NCBI RefSeq assembly: GCF_018977255.1
Contig: NW_024704742.1
Location: forward strand, 101,124,001-101,188,000
Source of the DNA: Callorhinchus milii
Lineage: Eukaryota
Direction of reading: 5' to 3'
Length of the DNA stretch: 64,000 bases
The first letter of the stretch is position 1; each line of letters starts with the position of its first letter. The notes below the pieces were generated by a model, which worked only from the letters and a program-made list of their open reading frames with translations, searched no databases and was not told where the DNA came from. Position numbers and translations under genes: made by a program. This document shows positions 51,481 to 64,000 of the stretch, one piece after another.

Positions 51481-52179
51481 ATATTACATCTCATTGTTGG
51501 TTGTAGGTGGCTGTTGGTAATAGAATCACTCAAAAGAAAATTGTATAAATAACTCAGCAGTAGAAACATTAAGGAAGATGGAAAGTGTGACTAATTTATA
51601 TAAAAAAAAGCAATTTAGAAAATCAGTTAACAGTGCTACAGACTCAACGGCCCAAATGACCTCCTTTCATGCAGCAAATGTCTATGTATATACGACATAT
51701 TTTCTTTACACCATACATAACATAATTTAAAATCAAATTCCAAACAAATAAAGTAGTCTGTTCAGACTGATTGGCTGTTATCTAAAGTTAACTTCAAAAC
51801 AACATCTTAAAAATTGAATTGTGATTCCTTTTTGTTCTGATTATTAATATTCATTAGAAGTCTGCAGTGTTATGGGATCTATTCATTTGATTCATATCAT
51901 TGCTGCACATTAGAGGCAAAACCAATGAAATTTAGTGTAAAATTTAGCATACAGCGTAAGTGGCCACAACATTAAAATGGTGAGTCTCTTTTATGAGTGG
52001 GCTTACATGGTTAGCTACAGTGTTAGGAGCATTGAATCTTACATGGAGCAGACAATTTTATTTTGTGCATTCCTTCTGTTAATGCTGATCATCAGTATTG
52101 AAGCTACACTAAAATATTGTAAAGCCATTTCACTTACATGTGAGGGTGTAATGGTGTTTCCCAGTCACAAAACACCGAA

Positions 52180-52365
52180 GGCCTGAAATCCCAAGTAGTC
52201 TTAGCCAATAAGTCAATTAGGTCTTAAATTTTAAGATTGTGCAAAAGCATGGAAGATTCGTAAATTCGGTATTAAATTGGAAGCAAGGTTTCTACAGATC
52301 TTAAAAGAACCGACTTCCAATTTAAGAGTGAATACAAAAATGTTGCACAGTTCTGGACAATCTTA
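52180..52365. mobile_element. Copy of the MITE-like element
   Basis: ggcctgaaat end; internal inverted repeat ttaaattggaag / cttccaatttaa. Confidence 0.55.
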
Positions 52366-52915
52366 ATAATAATAATCCTTACATTCGACATAGTGCCTTA
52401 GCATGTTAAAACATCTCAAAGTGTTTCAGAGTTCTCTGCAAAATTTAAGTACTGGGTCTTTGTAGGCAAATACAGCAACATTTTTGTGCACAGCAATGTT
52501 GCTGAATAACCATTAAATAAATTACCAATTTTATCACTTGGAAGATTGCTTGCCAGGACTATTGTTGGGAGAAAATCCTTTTTCTTTACAAATAGTGCCA
52601 TGGAATCTTTAACATCTACCTGAACAGACAGTCGGGACCTGTATAGGAAGGGTGTATAGGAGGGATGCATGGGACCCTCAGTTAGGTTAGGATACTCTTA
52701 AGCATGGTGGTGGTTTTCGGCATGTGTCAGACACCCAGCTGACCAAAAAAATAATTTTACATTCTCCTGAACAAGCAGACGAGAACTCGGTTTAACATCT
52801 CATTCAAATGTTAGGACTCTGACAATGCAGCACACCCCCAGCACTGCAATAGAGTGTCAGCCTAGATTATGTCTATAACTCAGAGATGAGTATGCTAGCA
52901 ACTGAGCCAGGAATG
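52366..52915 (-). mobile_element. Older DeuSINE with an unclassified insertion at about 52640-52760
   Basis: Antisense tail, core and head. The insert matches 2740-2790 and 2925-2990. Confidence 0.7.
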
Positions 52916-54254
52916 ACAATTGACACCTGTTGGGTTAAAATCAAAAGCTAGGAGTTTTTCAATGGGATATGAGATAATTGCAGTCAGGGTACTTCTACCT
53001 CCCATCTCTTAACCAATTCAGTTTTTAGTATAATCTGCCATGTGGGGATTAGAGGCTGAAACTCCAGTTTCAGAAACAAAGGAGTTGTTTAATTTTGCAA
53101 AAACAGAAGAAGAGTCAGAACTGTTACTGATTGAAGTGAAGTATGTAAGAATGTATTATTTTGTTTCAGGCTATGATCATCATAGCTGCGTCTATCGTTG
53201 CAAAAAAAAATTTGTTTTAAAATTCATCTGCCAATTTCTGTGTCTCTACAAAGATTACAAAGAATATTCTGTCTTCTGAAAGAGACAAATTTTCTGTACA
53301 AATTCACAAGGGGATTTGACTCAGGTATGTGACCTTGTTATTAATCAAAGAAGGCTCACATTAGTCTGAGATCTATCTGAGAAAAACGAGATCATAACAG
53401 GATCTACTTTGTTATGTTTCTGAACATATTTCTTAAGAAAGTCATGTATTGCACATCTAAACTGTTTACTGGTTAAATTCAAAATTTACTTTCCTGGACT
53501 TCTCCAGTGATGCTGCCATGACAACACAAATAATCGAGCAATATTCACTGTATAGACAGAGACATGTGAAATTGAACTTTGCAGCACCACCCAAACTTTG
53601 CCGAAGTAAAAAGGAAAAAAGATAAGATGTAGAATTCAATCAAATTTGACAATACTGAAGAAAATCCTGCAGAGTAGCAACTGTAATAACTGTTATATTT
53701 ACCTCTACAGCACTAAAGCATAGAGATATAGCAACAGTTATTGATGTGAAGTGGACCATTGATCCATGAAGCTCACCCAACCAAACCTAAAAGATTCCTT
53801 TGACATATCTATTTAATCATTTAAGAACCGTGAATCTCTCAATCTCCAAGAACTTGTTCATTTTTGAAACCCTTCACTGTTTCTTGTTCCACGTATATCC
53901 CTTTTACTATAAAAAATGTCATTTGCAATTCTTGTTTGCTTTTATTTTGCATATTTGAAAACTACAACTTCCTGTTTCTTAAGTTTCTACATTGGCAGAA
54001 AAATGCACATGAACCCAATTTTCTATTTTCTGTCCAGGGCACCTACATCAAGTCTTTCTCAGTTTTGTAAGGAATTGATCAAGAAGCATTCAGTTGTACT
54101 CCTTCAAAAAAAATTATAAATTTTGAAAGGGAGATCAAGACTGCAAACATTACTTGGGCAATGGATAGGATACATGATAGATATTCTCAGGGGATAATTA
54201 TTACAATGACAGAAAGTATGGTTCTTTTGTGTCCTATCATCATTTTGTTTCCAA

Positions 54255-54580
54255 GCTCATAGTCTAGGCTGACACTCCATTGTATGCTGGGGGTGTGATG
54301 TGTATTGTCAGAGGTCCGGTTCTTTGGATGAAATACTAAACTGAGCTACCATCTGCCTAGTTAAAGATGTCATGGCACTATTGGAAAAGAGAATTGTCCT
54401 GGACAACAATCACCCAGATAAAATTGGTCATTCACTTCACGGCTGCTCTGCACAAACTGACGGCAGTATTCATCTACAAATGCAGTCATTGCTTCGCAGT
54501 AAATCCTGTGAAGCGCTCTGAGACATTTTGGTGATTTGATAGGGTGCCATATCAAAGGTAATAATTATTTAATATTATTA
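54255..54580 (+). mobile_element. Older DeuSINE
   Basis: ctaggctgacactcca...ttggatgaaatactaaac...catggcactatt...gtgaagcgctctgagac and tail. Confidence 0.75.
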
Positions 54581-55229
54581 GTTTGGCAACGATAACTTTG
54601 GAACTCTTTATATACTCTTCTCTCCACAGACAAAAAAGAACTTTTGCAACAGGGATTTATTGATGCATTGTTGTTGACAATTTCTGTCTGAAGGATTGAA
54701 GGATTATGGCAAATACTGCAGTGACATGGTTAGACGGAACACTAATACAAATTGAAATCAATTCCACTCCCATTATTATTAGAAACATGTCTGAAGGTCA
54801 TGAACAGGAGAACAGAAGGAGAATATTCTACAGTTGGACTGAAGCAATTTTCCCGTGTTGTGCAGAATTACCACTTCATTTCACTTCCATCCCCAGATTT
54901 CCTTATTTGTAGCATGCAGTGAGAACCATTAACATAAAGGTTTATAACTGATGGTTATTTTTCTCCATGCAATCCAGGCAGCAAATCCATTGGCGTGGGT
55001 TAATTTTGCTCAATTCAGTAAGATTTTTAGTAAGATTTCTGAATTTATCCCTGTGTGGTTAGAAATAATTGTATTCCAATTTAAACTTCTAAAAAACATG
55101 GAATTATGAATGTAAAATTTAATGCCGCCTAGCAAATTACATTACAGTTTTTTTCTAAGTAAACCGGGACAGATTAATTAAATGTTCTCACGAAATTGCT
55201 ATCTGAAGCACACGGAGGAGAATAAAATC

Positions 55230-55730
55230 ACCCCCCGCCACCCTTGCTCGAATCCTTTCTCAATATAACTGAATGGGAGTCGCATCTCGCAGCACTCTGC
55301 CTGACTTTTTTTTCTCTCTTCTTGCATTATAATTTACACCCTCCCCTTTCTCTCTTGCACTGCTGATGACAGACCAGTGAGCCTGACTCATCAGTAGGTA
55401 GGAACAGTCACTGGGAGCAGGGCGTTTTCCCACTTAAATCCTGTTCACCTTGCAAACCAAATCCCTAGTGGACAGTGTGGTCTCAGTAGTAAGGAAGCAG
55501 AAAGCTTGCAAGATGGTTTTCTCAATGGCAAGTTTTAGCTGGTTAAACTCCAGCAGTATTCCAAAACAGACTCTGGGATCCCCAAACCTTGGTTCTTGCC
55601 TTCCTGCATTAATACTCTCCAGAATTAGGTAAGCAGGATAGGTCTCTCCAGGGAGAGAGCGTACATTCCATTCCAGAAACAGGGAAATTTCCATGCGCAA
55701 GCGACATGTGGAGTTCTCGGATTGGTTTGG
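55230..55730. promoter_or_regulatory. Candidate promoter/enhancer motif cluster
   Basis: GC box ccccgcc at about 55233, AP-1 tgactca 55384-55390, kB-like gggcgttttccc 55420-55431, kB-like gggaaatttcc 55682-55692, CCAAT (minus) 55721-55725, all in unique sequence. Confidence 0.3.
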
Positions 55731-55791
55731 ATACTGTTAAGCTTGGTGATGGACTTCTGCCTTTGCCTCAGTACATGTCCACTTTCAGCCT

Positions 55792-57160
55792 TTGACTAGT
55801 GGAGTGCCACAAGGATCAGTGCCTGGGCCTCAGCTATTTACAATTTACATCAATGATCTAGAGGAGGACATTGAATGTAACGTATATAACTTCGCGGATG
55901 ACACTACACTAGGTGGGAGAGTAAGCTCTGAGGATGATGCAAAAAGATTGCAACGGGATATAGATAGGCTAGGGGAGTGGGCGAGTAGGAGGCAGATGGA
56001 ATTTAATGTGGGGAAGTGTGAAGTTATTAATCTAGGTAGAAAAAATAGAAAAACAGATTATTTTCTAGAGGGGGAGAGATTAGAGAGTGTTAGTGTGCAG
56101 AGGGATTTGCATGTCCTTGTACACCAATCTCAAAAAGTTAGTTTGCAGGTGCAGCAAGCAACTAAGAAGACGAACGGCATGTTAGCGTTCATTGCAAAAG
56201 GTTTAGAGTACAAGAGTAGGGAAGTCTTGCTGCAACTGTATAGGGCCTTGGTGAGACCGCACCTGGAGTATTGTGTGCAGTTTTGGTCTCCTTATTTAAA
56301 AAAGGACATACTTGCCCTAGAGGGGGTGCAGCGTAGATTCACTCGGTTAGTTCCTGGGATGGGGGGACTGACCTATGAGGATAGGCTGAATAAACTAGGG
56401 CTGTATTCTCTAGAGTACAGAAGAATTAGGGGAGAGCTTATAGAAACATATAGGATTCTTAAAGGGCTGGATAAAGTAGACACTGAGGGTCTGTTTCCCC
56501 TGGTAGGAGAATCTATAACCAGGGGTCACAGTCTTAAAATTAAGTGTTAGCCTTTTAGAACAGAGTTGAGGAAACATTTCTTCACTCAGAGGGTAGTGAA
56601 TCTATGGAATTCACTACCCCAGAAGGCTGTAGATGCTCAGTCCTTGAACATCTTCAAGGCCGAGACTGATAGATTTTTAAAAAGTAGAGTGATTAGGGGA
56701 TATGGGGATAGGGCAGGTAATTAGAGTTATAATAATAATAATCCTTGCATTTTGTTATAGCGCTTTTCACGTTGGGAGGATGTCCCAAAGGTCTTCACAA
56801 AATATACTGTAAAGTGAATTGACTGTATATTTGTGGGCGAACGCGGCAGCCAATTGCGCACAGCAGTGTCCCACAAACAGTCATGGATTGAAAATGACCA
56901 ATTTATTATTGTTTTTGTTTTTTGGAGGGATTATTATTAGGCTCTGTGTGGAGTAAGGAAACTTGCCCAAGGTTTCGCCCTGCCTGGAATTGAACTCAGG
57001 TCTCTCGCTTGCAAAGCGAGTGCTCTAACCACTGAGCTACAGGACTCCACGACCAGAGTTAGGTCTGAAGATCAGCCATGATCTTATTGAATGGCGAGGC
57101 AGGCTCGAGGGGCCGAATGGCCTACTCCTGCTCCTAATTCTTATGTTCTTATGTTCTTAT
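55792..57160 (+). mobile_element. CR1 LINE family A, 5'-truncated, with a nested SINE
   Basis: ORF 55792-56550 (252 aa of RT, FADD). Hairpin ggccgaatggcc and (TTCTTATG)n tail. Confidence 0.96.
56730..57050 (-). mobile_element. Young full-length SINE in the CR1 3' region
   Basis: TSD agagtta at 56723-56729 and 57055-57061. The empty site is visible in the sister CR1 at about 3150-3175. Confidence 0.96.
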
Positions 57161-58569
57161 CAGTTGATCCCACCGCACAGGGTATGTCACCATAGCTTCG
57201 GTCCATTTATTTTCTTATCATCAGTTAACACGCATGGGAAGAGAACTATGCACCGAAGGAAGCTTTGTATTTCTTCACATGCTCCCTGCTTTACAAATAG
57301 GAACATAGAGCACGCATAAGAGAAAATCGGTTACATTTTGAACTAGTGCACATTACTTTGGCACTTACTTGTCTGTTGGTTAACTGCTCTCATTATGTAG
57401 GCTACATGATGTGAATAAGCAAACTCAAAACACTGCATTGATCACTTAATAAGCTTAGGAGACAATCCTGATCTTACATCTTATTGTCTCATTCTGGAGC
57501 AAAATACATAACAGGAAAGACAATATACTGTACAATTTGTTTTATTGTAATAATTAGTGACGCATCACACTCTTCTATAAATCATTGGTGAAAAAATCAT
57601 ATGAAAGATTAAATGGCTTTGGTAGATTGTAGTCAGATACAATGAGGCAGACTTCTGCAATATAAAATTCTTCAATCTAGGAATCATGTATTAACATAAA
57701 TTATTCATTTATCTGTAGTGGCAGGCTAATATCTATATGATTGGGCAATCCCCGTTTAAATCCCAGGCTACATTACTATTCGCCTACAAATACAATCAAT
57801 ACATTTTACATTAAAATTCTGGGAAGCACTTTGAGATGCTTTCATGACATGATGAGGCATCAAATCAAATGCAAAGTTTTTTTATTATTATTGTTACATT
57901 ATTATTCATAATAGTATGACAATTGGTGGAGGATTTGTGGTGTAAGATGGAGGAGGGATAAACCCATTACAAAAATATTGCTGGTCACCCACGAGCTGAA
58001 TACTGCTGTCCTACCTCATATGCATGGATGTTATAATTACTCTAAACTTCTCTGTTGTTCACAGTATTAATATAAACAGAGCAATGTTTTAACTTAGCAA
58101 ACCACTACTTGCAGTCTTTTATAACCTTTGGGAGAAACAGATGTAAACAAGTAATGAGCACGTTCACATTTATAAGCACTCTCTTAACTGCACTCAAATA
58201 AGATTTTGTGCCTTTATTGGGCGTTTCTGCCTGTGCCTTTTAGGAATGCTAATATACGTGTTTTTCACGCATTTATAAGGAAAAAGGCAATGAGACTTGT
58301 AAGAACAACATATTCTTTTATGATCCCAGTTGTTTCCACATACATCTCCAGCACTGATTACTGTGAGGACTGCCACTTTGTTCTGCCTCAAAATGACACT
58401 AATATGATCTGCGTATTGGTGATCAATTGAATGTACTCATATGTCACAAAGTTGGAAGAAATTCTATGGTAAGGCTAAAAGGGGAACATCATTTCTAAAA
58501 TTGTTAATATAGCACTGTCATGGAACTAGTGGAAAGAACTCTTCCCAATACACATTGTCTAATGGAGAA

Positions 58570-58745
58570 AAAAAGGCAAGTACTGCAGATGCTGGAAATC
58601 TGGCATAAACACAGAAGTCGCTGGGAACACGCAACAGGTCAGGCAGCATCCGTGGAAAGAGGAAAATGAGTTAACATTTCAGGTCTATGACCTTTCGACA
58701 ATTCTGACGAAAGTCAAAGACCTGAAACGTTAACCCCTTGTCTTT
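58570..58745. mobile_element. Penelope-like element terminal (pseudo-LTR) remnant with an inverted repeat
   Basis: ctgcagatgctggaaatc...caggtcaggcagcatc followed by a palindrome at 58670-58734 containing ctgacga...gaaac. The PLE assignment comes from the hammerhead-plus-inverted-end architecture. Confidence 0.65.
58698..58736 (+). ncRNA. Minimal hammerhead ribozyme-like motif (probably decayed)
   Basis: CTGACGA (58704-58710), stem II aagtc-aaa-gacct (one mismatch), GAAA-C-GTT with the palindromic aacgtt typical of minimal PLE hammerheads. Stem I is poor. Confidence 0.55.
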
Positions 58746-60039
58746 TGGAGAGACTGTTTATGCCTTTGTCTTTTAGGAATGCTAATATACTTATTTAATG
58801 TACAGGCAGAAACAGACTGAAAATATATAGTCAATTCACTTTACCGTATATTCTGTGAAGCACTTTCAGATGTCTTGAAGCATAATACCGTAATAATCCC
58901 TACATTTGATATATCTACTTTCATGTTGGAAGGACGTCTCGAAAAGTTTCACAAGATATACTGTAAAGTCTAGTGACTCTGTATTTCGTATAAGTATAAA
59001 ATTACAATCTTTGCATCTGATGAAGATCCTGCAATGTTGAAATATCTCAGTGTTTCACAGGTAATTGCTGTTTTCAGGCGAAGTCAAGACAGGGTGTTCC
59101 TTTTTTGATGAAGCTGGTCTTCTTTCACAATGTACACTGATTATCCTATACTATCCTATCAAACCACACTAGGGAAGTAAAGCTGATTGCCTTTCAGCGC
59201 TATCAAAGGTAAAGCCTAGAGGTAAAGGTAACCTCTTAAACAGAAGAAACAATAAAGATATTGAAGCATATGAAGAGACAAGGGGGGGAAAGGAAATAAA
59301 CAAATGAAACGATTGAAAGGCAAAATGTAATTTGGCTTCAGTGGTAATGTCATTTCTGTGGTTCTTAAATCAGGGGCTTTTTAAATGTTAATACTCGAAT
59401 TGGTCTTAATTTGGAAGCCATTTTTCCAAGTATCTTTTCTGAAAGCATTTGAAAAATAGCATTGAGGTTTGGGGTGTAGAAAACAGAGCATTTATTCCCT
59501 GTGGTTGCAGCAGGAATGCCAGAAAGTTTCACCATTACCCTATCAGGAGTTTTTGAAGCACCAAGTGAATATGGATGAGGTGGGATGCAGCTGAGCCACA
59601 TGTTTCAAGGAAAGAATCTTTGGCTAGTTTTTAAATATTTTTTCAGGGGAAAATTTAAGGAGTTTTGAATGGCACAGCATCTAAGCAGATGTTGTTGGTG
59701 GAGGAGTAGTCATAGCATCTACAGGCTTGTACCAATTGGGAAAGGCAGCAGTAGAGGGACCGGATGTCAGAAAGGGTGAATACAATGAGGAGCAAAATAT
59801 CAGTCTTTAAGGCTGTGCGAGCATGCCATTGCCAAAATGTAGTCTAGTATAGAATAATACAATGAGTTTACAGCTCCATTGAGTGAACCCCAATGTGCTC
59901 TATTTGAAGGTGTCCCACAACATTCAGTTCAGAATGAACCAGGAGCAGAGGTACAGTGGCAGTGAGGAGTCATCCAAATTACAGGTTCCCCAGAGTGCAG
60001 AGAGTCATTGGCTGCACCTATAGAGTGAATTGCACCTGT

Positions 60040-60427
60040 GATAATAATAATAATAATAATAATGATAATAATAATAATACTTGCATTTGATATAGTGCTT
60101 TATCATATCTTTGCGATGCCTCAAAGCGCTTCACAGTATATACTGTAAAGTGAATTAACTGTATATTATGTGGGTAAAACACGGCAGACAATTGCACACA
60201 GCAGTGTCCCTCAAACAGTCGTGACCAATTTATTATTTTTTTGAAGGAATTATTACCCCCAGAAAAGCAATCCGCCAATCGACTAACAACTGGGTTCCTA
60301 CTTACTGCTAGGTAAACAGAGGCATGTGTAGTAAGGAAACTTGCCCAATGTTTCACCCTGCTGGGAATCAAACCCAGGTCATGTTGCTTGTGAGGCAAAT
60401 GCTCTCACCACTAAGTTGCAGGACTTC
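60040..60427 (-). mobile_element. Older long-form tRNA/Deu SINE
   Basis: Head, ttgggcaagtttccttac, the extra ctctgtttacctagcagtaagtagg segment, Deu core, (TTA)n. Confidence 0.9.
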
Positions 60428-61034
60428 GCGTAATGTGTGGTTTACCCTTCTGAAATACTGCAGCTACTGAGCCATTTGAATGCTATAAAATTGGAAAAAA
60501 ACAACTGTGGAGTGAAGAATTCAAAGTGAAAATGGTTGAAAAGCAAATGCTCCAAATCTGTTTTTCCTGCTGGAGACACAACTCCAACACATGTCAATAG
60601 ACACAGTGATGAATGGAGCCATGATGTTTCTGGTGTAGGAAATGCTCTCTCTGATTCCGATGAGCAGCTCCTATTTTCTCCTGGTCACTAAACAGGTGAG
60701 TATAAGGTTCATGCTAATGTTACAAATACCATGATGATTCAGAAAACAAGAAGAAAGATATGACACAGCAAGGGGGGAATTCAACAGAAATGTAAATCGT
60801 TATTTTACATTGCAATGCTAAAATTAAAATGAGAGAAATGACTGGATATGGAGTGGACATAGAGAATGAGGAGAAAAGGCAGGGAAATAGAATTAAGTTA
60901 AGTTGATATAGACTTAATGCAGAGCTGGTTTGACAGGCTGAATGACCTTCTCCTATACTATGTTCTCACAAGAGAAATTGTGAAAAAAAATGTAGGAGGC
61001 ATGACTGAGGCTGAACCTATGTAAGTGCTTCTTC

Positions 61035-61092
61035 ATAGAATCATAGAATCATAGAATTATACAGCACAGAAGGAGGCCATTCGGCCCATCAT
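61035..61092 (-). mobile_element. CR1 family B extreme 3' end only
   Basis: (catagaat)3 followed by acagcacagaaggaggccattcggcccatca. Confidence 0.85.
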
Positions 61093-62389
61093 TTGGAATA
61101 ATAGATAAATAAGTAAATTTCTCCTAATTGTTCATTTTTTGTCTACGCAAATGAATTCCAGCACTTCCAGTGGAATGGGGTTAGCAGAGGTCTAATATGA
61201 CTTATTATACAAAACTGTTCAAAACATGACATTCTGGCAACTTGCTCAATCATCCCATTGTTCTTTGCAGATGTGAGTGGCACAGATTAACTGCTTCTTT
61301 TACTTACATAACATATTTACACTTAAAAGTAAATCATTGTGTGAAGCTCTGAAATGTTTCTTTGTGGACAATAGCTCTACCAAATATAAGTATAATTTCT
61401 CATAAAGTGTGCAATACAGATCTACTTTTATTGGATATGTTTTGGAATGATCTGCACTCCTCTATTCATCTTACTGAGAACTGAATTATATTCCTGGCTG
61501 AGAATACTACTGCCAGGAATATATTGTCTATTAACTCTCTGATTAGTCATCTACACTCATTTGCTGTTGTCTTCACCTTTAGAAATGGAAGTAATGCTGT
61601 CTACCACGTTCTTCATTAAACTAGAGAATATTTTGTTCCACGCTATTTAAGAATGTGTTGGAGCCAAATAACTAGTTTAATTTTAGTTCACAGAATCTAG
61701 TTCTGGCAGACGTGAAAAATACGATTTGATATTAAGAGCTCACAAACATGTTTTATAAGCCCAGTCTGCAGTTTTCTAAAGGGTGCTAAACTAAGTCAGC
61801 CTAACGTTTCTGACAAACAAAAATAGTTCCTTATGAGCTTAGTGGAAACAAAATGAGACTAAATACTGCAGTTTTGAATCACAGTGAAAACAGAGAGACA
61901 AAAAAAGTTCAATGAGCCATCAGGCACCAAAAGATACAGGGATGATTCAAAAAGATTATTAAAAATAATATGTAGGCGATTGCACCATTTTTAACGGAAT
62001 GGCTGTCTGTGTCTCAGTATTGTGTGGTGCTTCAGCTGGCTTAAAGTCATGTCTATCTATCCATGCCACAGTTATATTGTGCCATTAACCCATATTGCTA
62101 ATGGCAACCCTGTCTTCGAAAGCAAGCCTGCAAGCTAATTGTGTCCAGAGGCAATGGCTACACTGTCCAGGGGTGGGCTCTCTCCCTTTGCAGACACCAA
62201 TGCAAGCAAGAAATCTGTTTGTCAAGTGACAACTGCTGGCTCCAGGACTGACAGTCACTAAGATGTCATCTGATTAAAGAGAGCACTCTGATAGCCAGCG
62301 CTCCGATGACTGCGATCTAATCTATGAAACAGCAACTCAATGTGCAACGCTGTCTTTTGTTATTGACTGGGTGAAATTTTAACGTTGAC

Positions 62390-62895
62390 TGGGTACAACG
62401 TAGATTCACGAGGTTGGTACCTGGGATGAGGGGGATGAGTTATGAGAATAGGTTGAGCAATTTAGGCTTATATTCTCTAGAATATAGAAGAATGAGAGGT
62501 GATCTTATAGAAACCTATAAGATTATTAAGGAGCATGACAGAATAGATAGTGGGAGACTTTTTCCCCTGGTTGGAGAATCTATAATCAGGGGTCACAGTC
62601 TTAAAATTAGGGGTAAGCCCTTTCGCACTGAGTTGAGGAAAAACTTCTTCACTCAGAGGGTAGTGAATTTATGGAATCCTCTACCCCAAAGGGCTGTAGA
62701 TGCTCAGTCTTTGAACATATTCAAATGGAGATTGATACATTTCTTGTGGATAAAGGGATTAAGGGATATGGGGATAAGGTGGGTGGGTAGGTGGAGTTAG
62801 AATAGATCAGTCATGATCTTATTGAATGGCGGGGCAGGCTCGAGGGGCCGAATGGCCTACTCCTGTTCCTAATTCTTATGTTCTTATGTTCTTAT
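62390..62895 (+). mobile_element. CR1 3' 500 bp (relative of family A)
   Basis: ORF 62414-62800 (LGLYSLEYRRMRGDLIETYKI...FFTQRVVNLWN); hairpin and (TTCTTATG)n tail. Confidence 0.95.
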
Positions 62896-64000
62896 ATGTA
62901 AATCACAATTTACAATATTCACCCCACATTTTGAGGATAGTAAAAAACAAACTGGATCATACATAGTCTGCACTGTGCTGCAGTCCTCTAACATATCAGA
63001 AGGTGATGCCCGGAATATGTTATTCTGCACGGTATACTTAATGAAAATTTACTACATTGCTATTTTTCTGGTAGGTGTCACCGTAGATCCTGATGTTTCT
63101 GTGATCTAATCACCTGACAAGCAGTGATTTCAAGGTTTATTTCTCTGACTGAAATAGATGGGTGAAACAAGCATTGCTTCTGTGTTTAATGAGACTGACA
63201 TTTTGAATAATATAGTCTTAGAAATATCCTAGTTTTTAATAAGAGTCAAAAAGCTGCAACTTTTTTAAATTTAATCTCGCAGCACAAATAAAGGAGTTTT
63301 AATAAACTGAGAAAAATAAGGCGGTGCTGAGACTAAACCATGCAGACTGCCATCTCCCACTCTTTGCAAAGGGGTGAAAGTTTTAGTCTTTTGTCATAAT
63401 GCCTTCAATGTGATAATTATGAAATGCCTCTAATTGTTTCCATTCATTACTCATCAGTGTCAAGTGAACCATCTCTCCTCCCATTTTATCATTCCCCCCA
63501 ATTCCCCTCCCCGCACCACCTTGACAATGGTTGAGTCTGAATAAACTTCTGTGCTGAAAGCTCTCTTATTCATGGAGTTCAGGACTGGAGTGAAGCTGGA
63601 ATAGGAGACTGAATAAAATTTGTGTCATGTGAAGCAGCACTCAAAAGCTACCTCTACGACCTCAAACGCCTGGAAATTCAACAATGGTACCAACTTCAAT
63701 AAATCAATCAGTCAACTTCAAACTTCACTACTAATGGTAACAAATTACCAGTGTTTCTAGATCTGATAAGTGAACATTCACTTTGCAGCACTTTACAGCA
63801 GAAGCATTAATAATGTGTAATTGTCAGAAGGGTGAAGAAAGACAATTGTGCTCTTCAGGTCCGGCTGTTACATTAATTCACTCGAGACATTAAAAGGTGA
63901 CTCTGACCCTCTAAAAAAGTGTGGCCCAGTTTCAACAGGTGCCATACCTCAGATAGCGTGTGTACACCTTCATTTTTGAAGTTCCATTCAACAGGTGCTT

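Overview
Repeat-dense, AT-rich vertebrate genomic DNA. The element mix (CR1 and L2 LINEs, tRNA-derived Deu-domain SINEs, a Penelope-like end) points to a cartilaginous fish, which is an inference. Nearly all long ORFs in the track are decayed LINE reverse transcriptase or artefacts of a young SINE. In the unique sequence I read a tentative chain of phase-compatible minus-strand exons (about 42.4 kb to 17.4 kb) encoding a Cys-rich protein C-terminus I cannot name, plus a candidate promoter/enhancer near 55.2-55.75 kb. The best-supported observations concern transposon biology: a young tRNA-Ala-headed SINE whose 3' tail matches the co-resident young L2; two independent copies truncated at exactly tRNA position 37; a hammerhead-ribozyme core in a palindromic Penelope-like end; and nested insertions that order the families in time. 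There is no CRISPR array, rRNA, true tRNA gene or intact autonomous element. All calls are by eye, with no database search.
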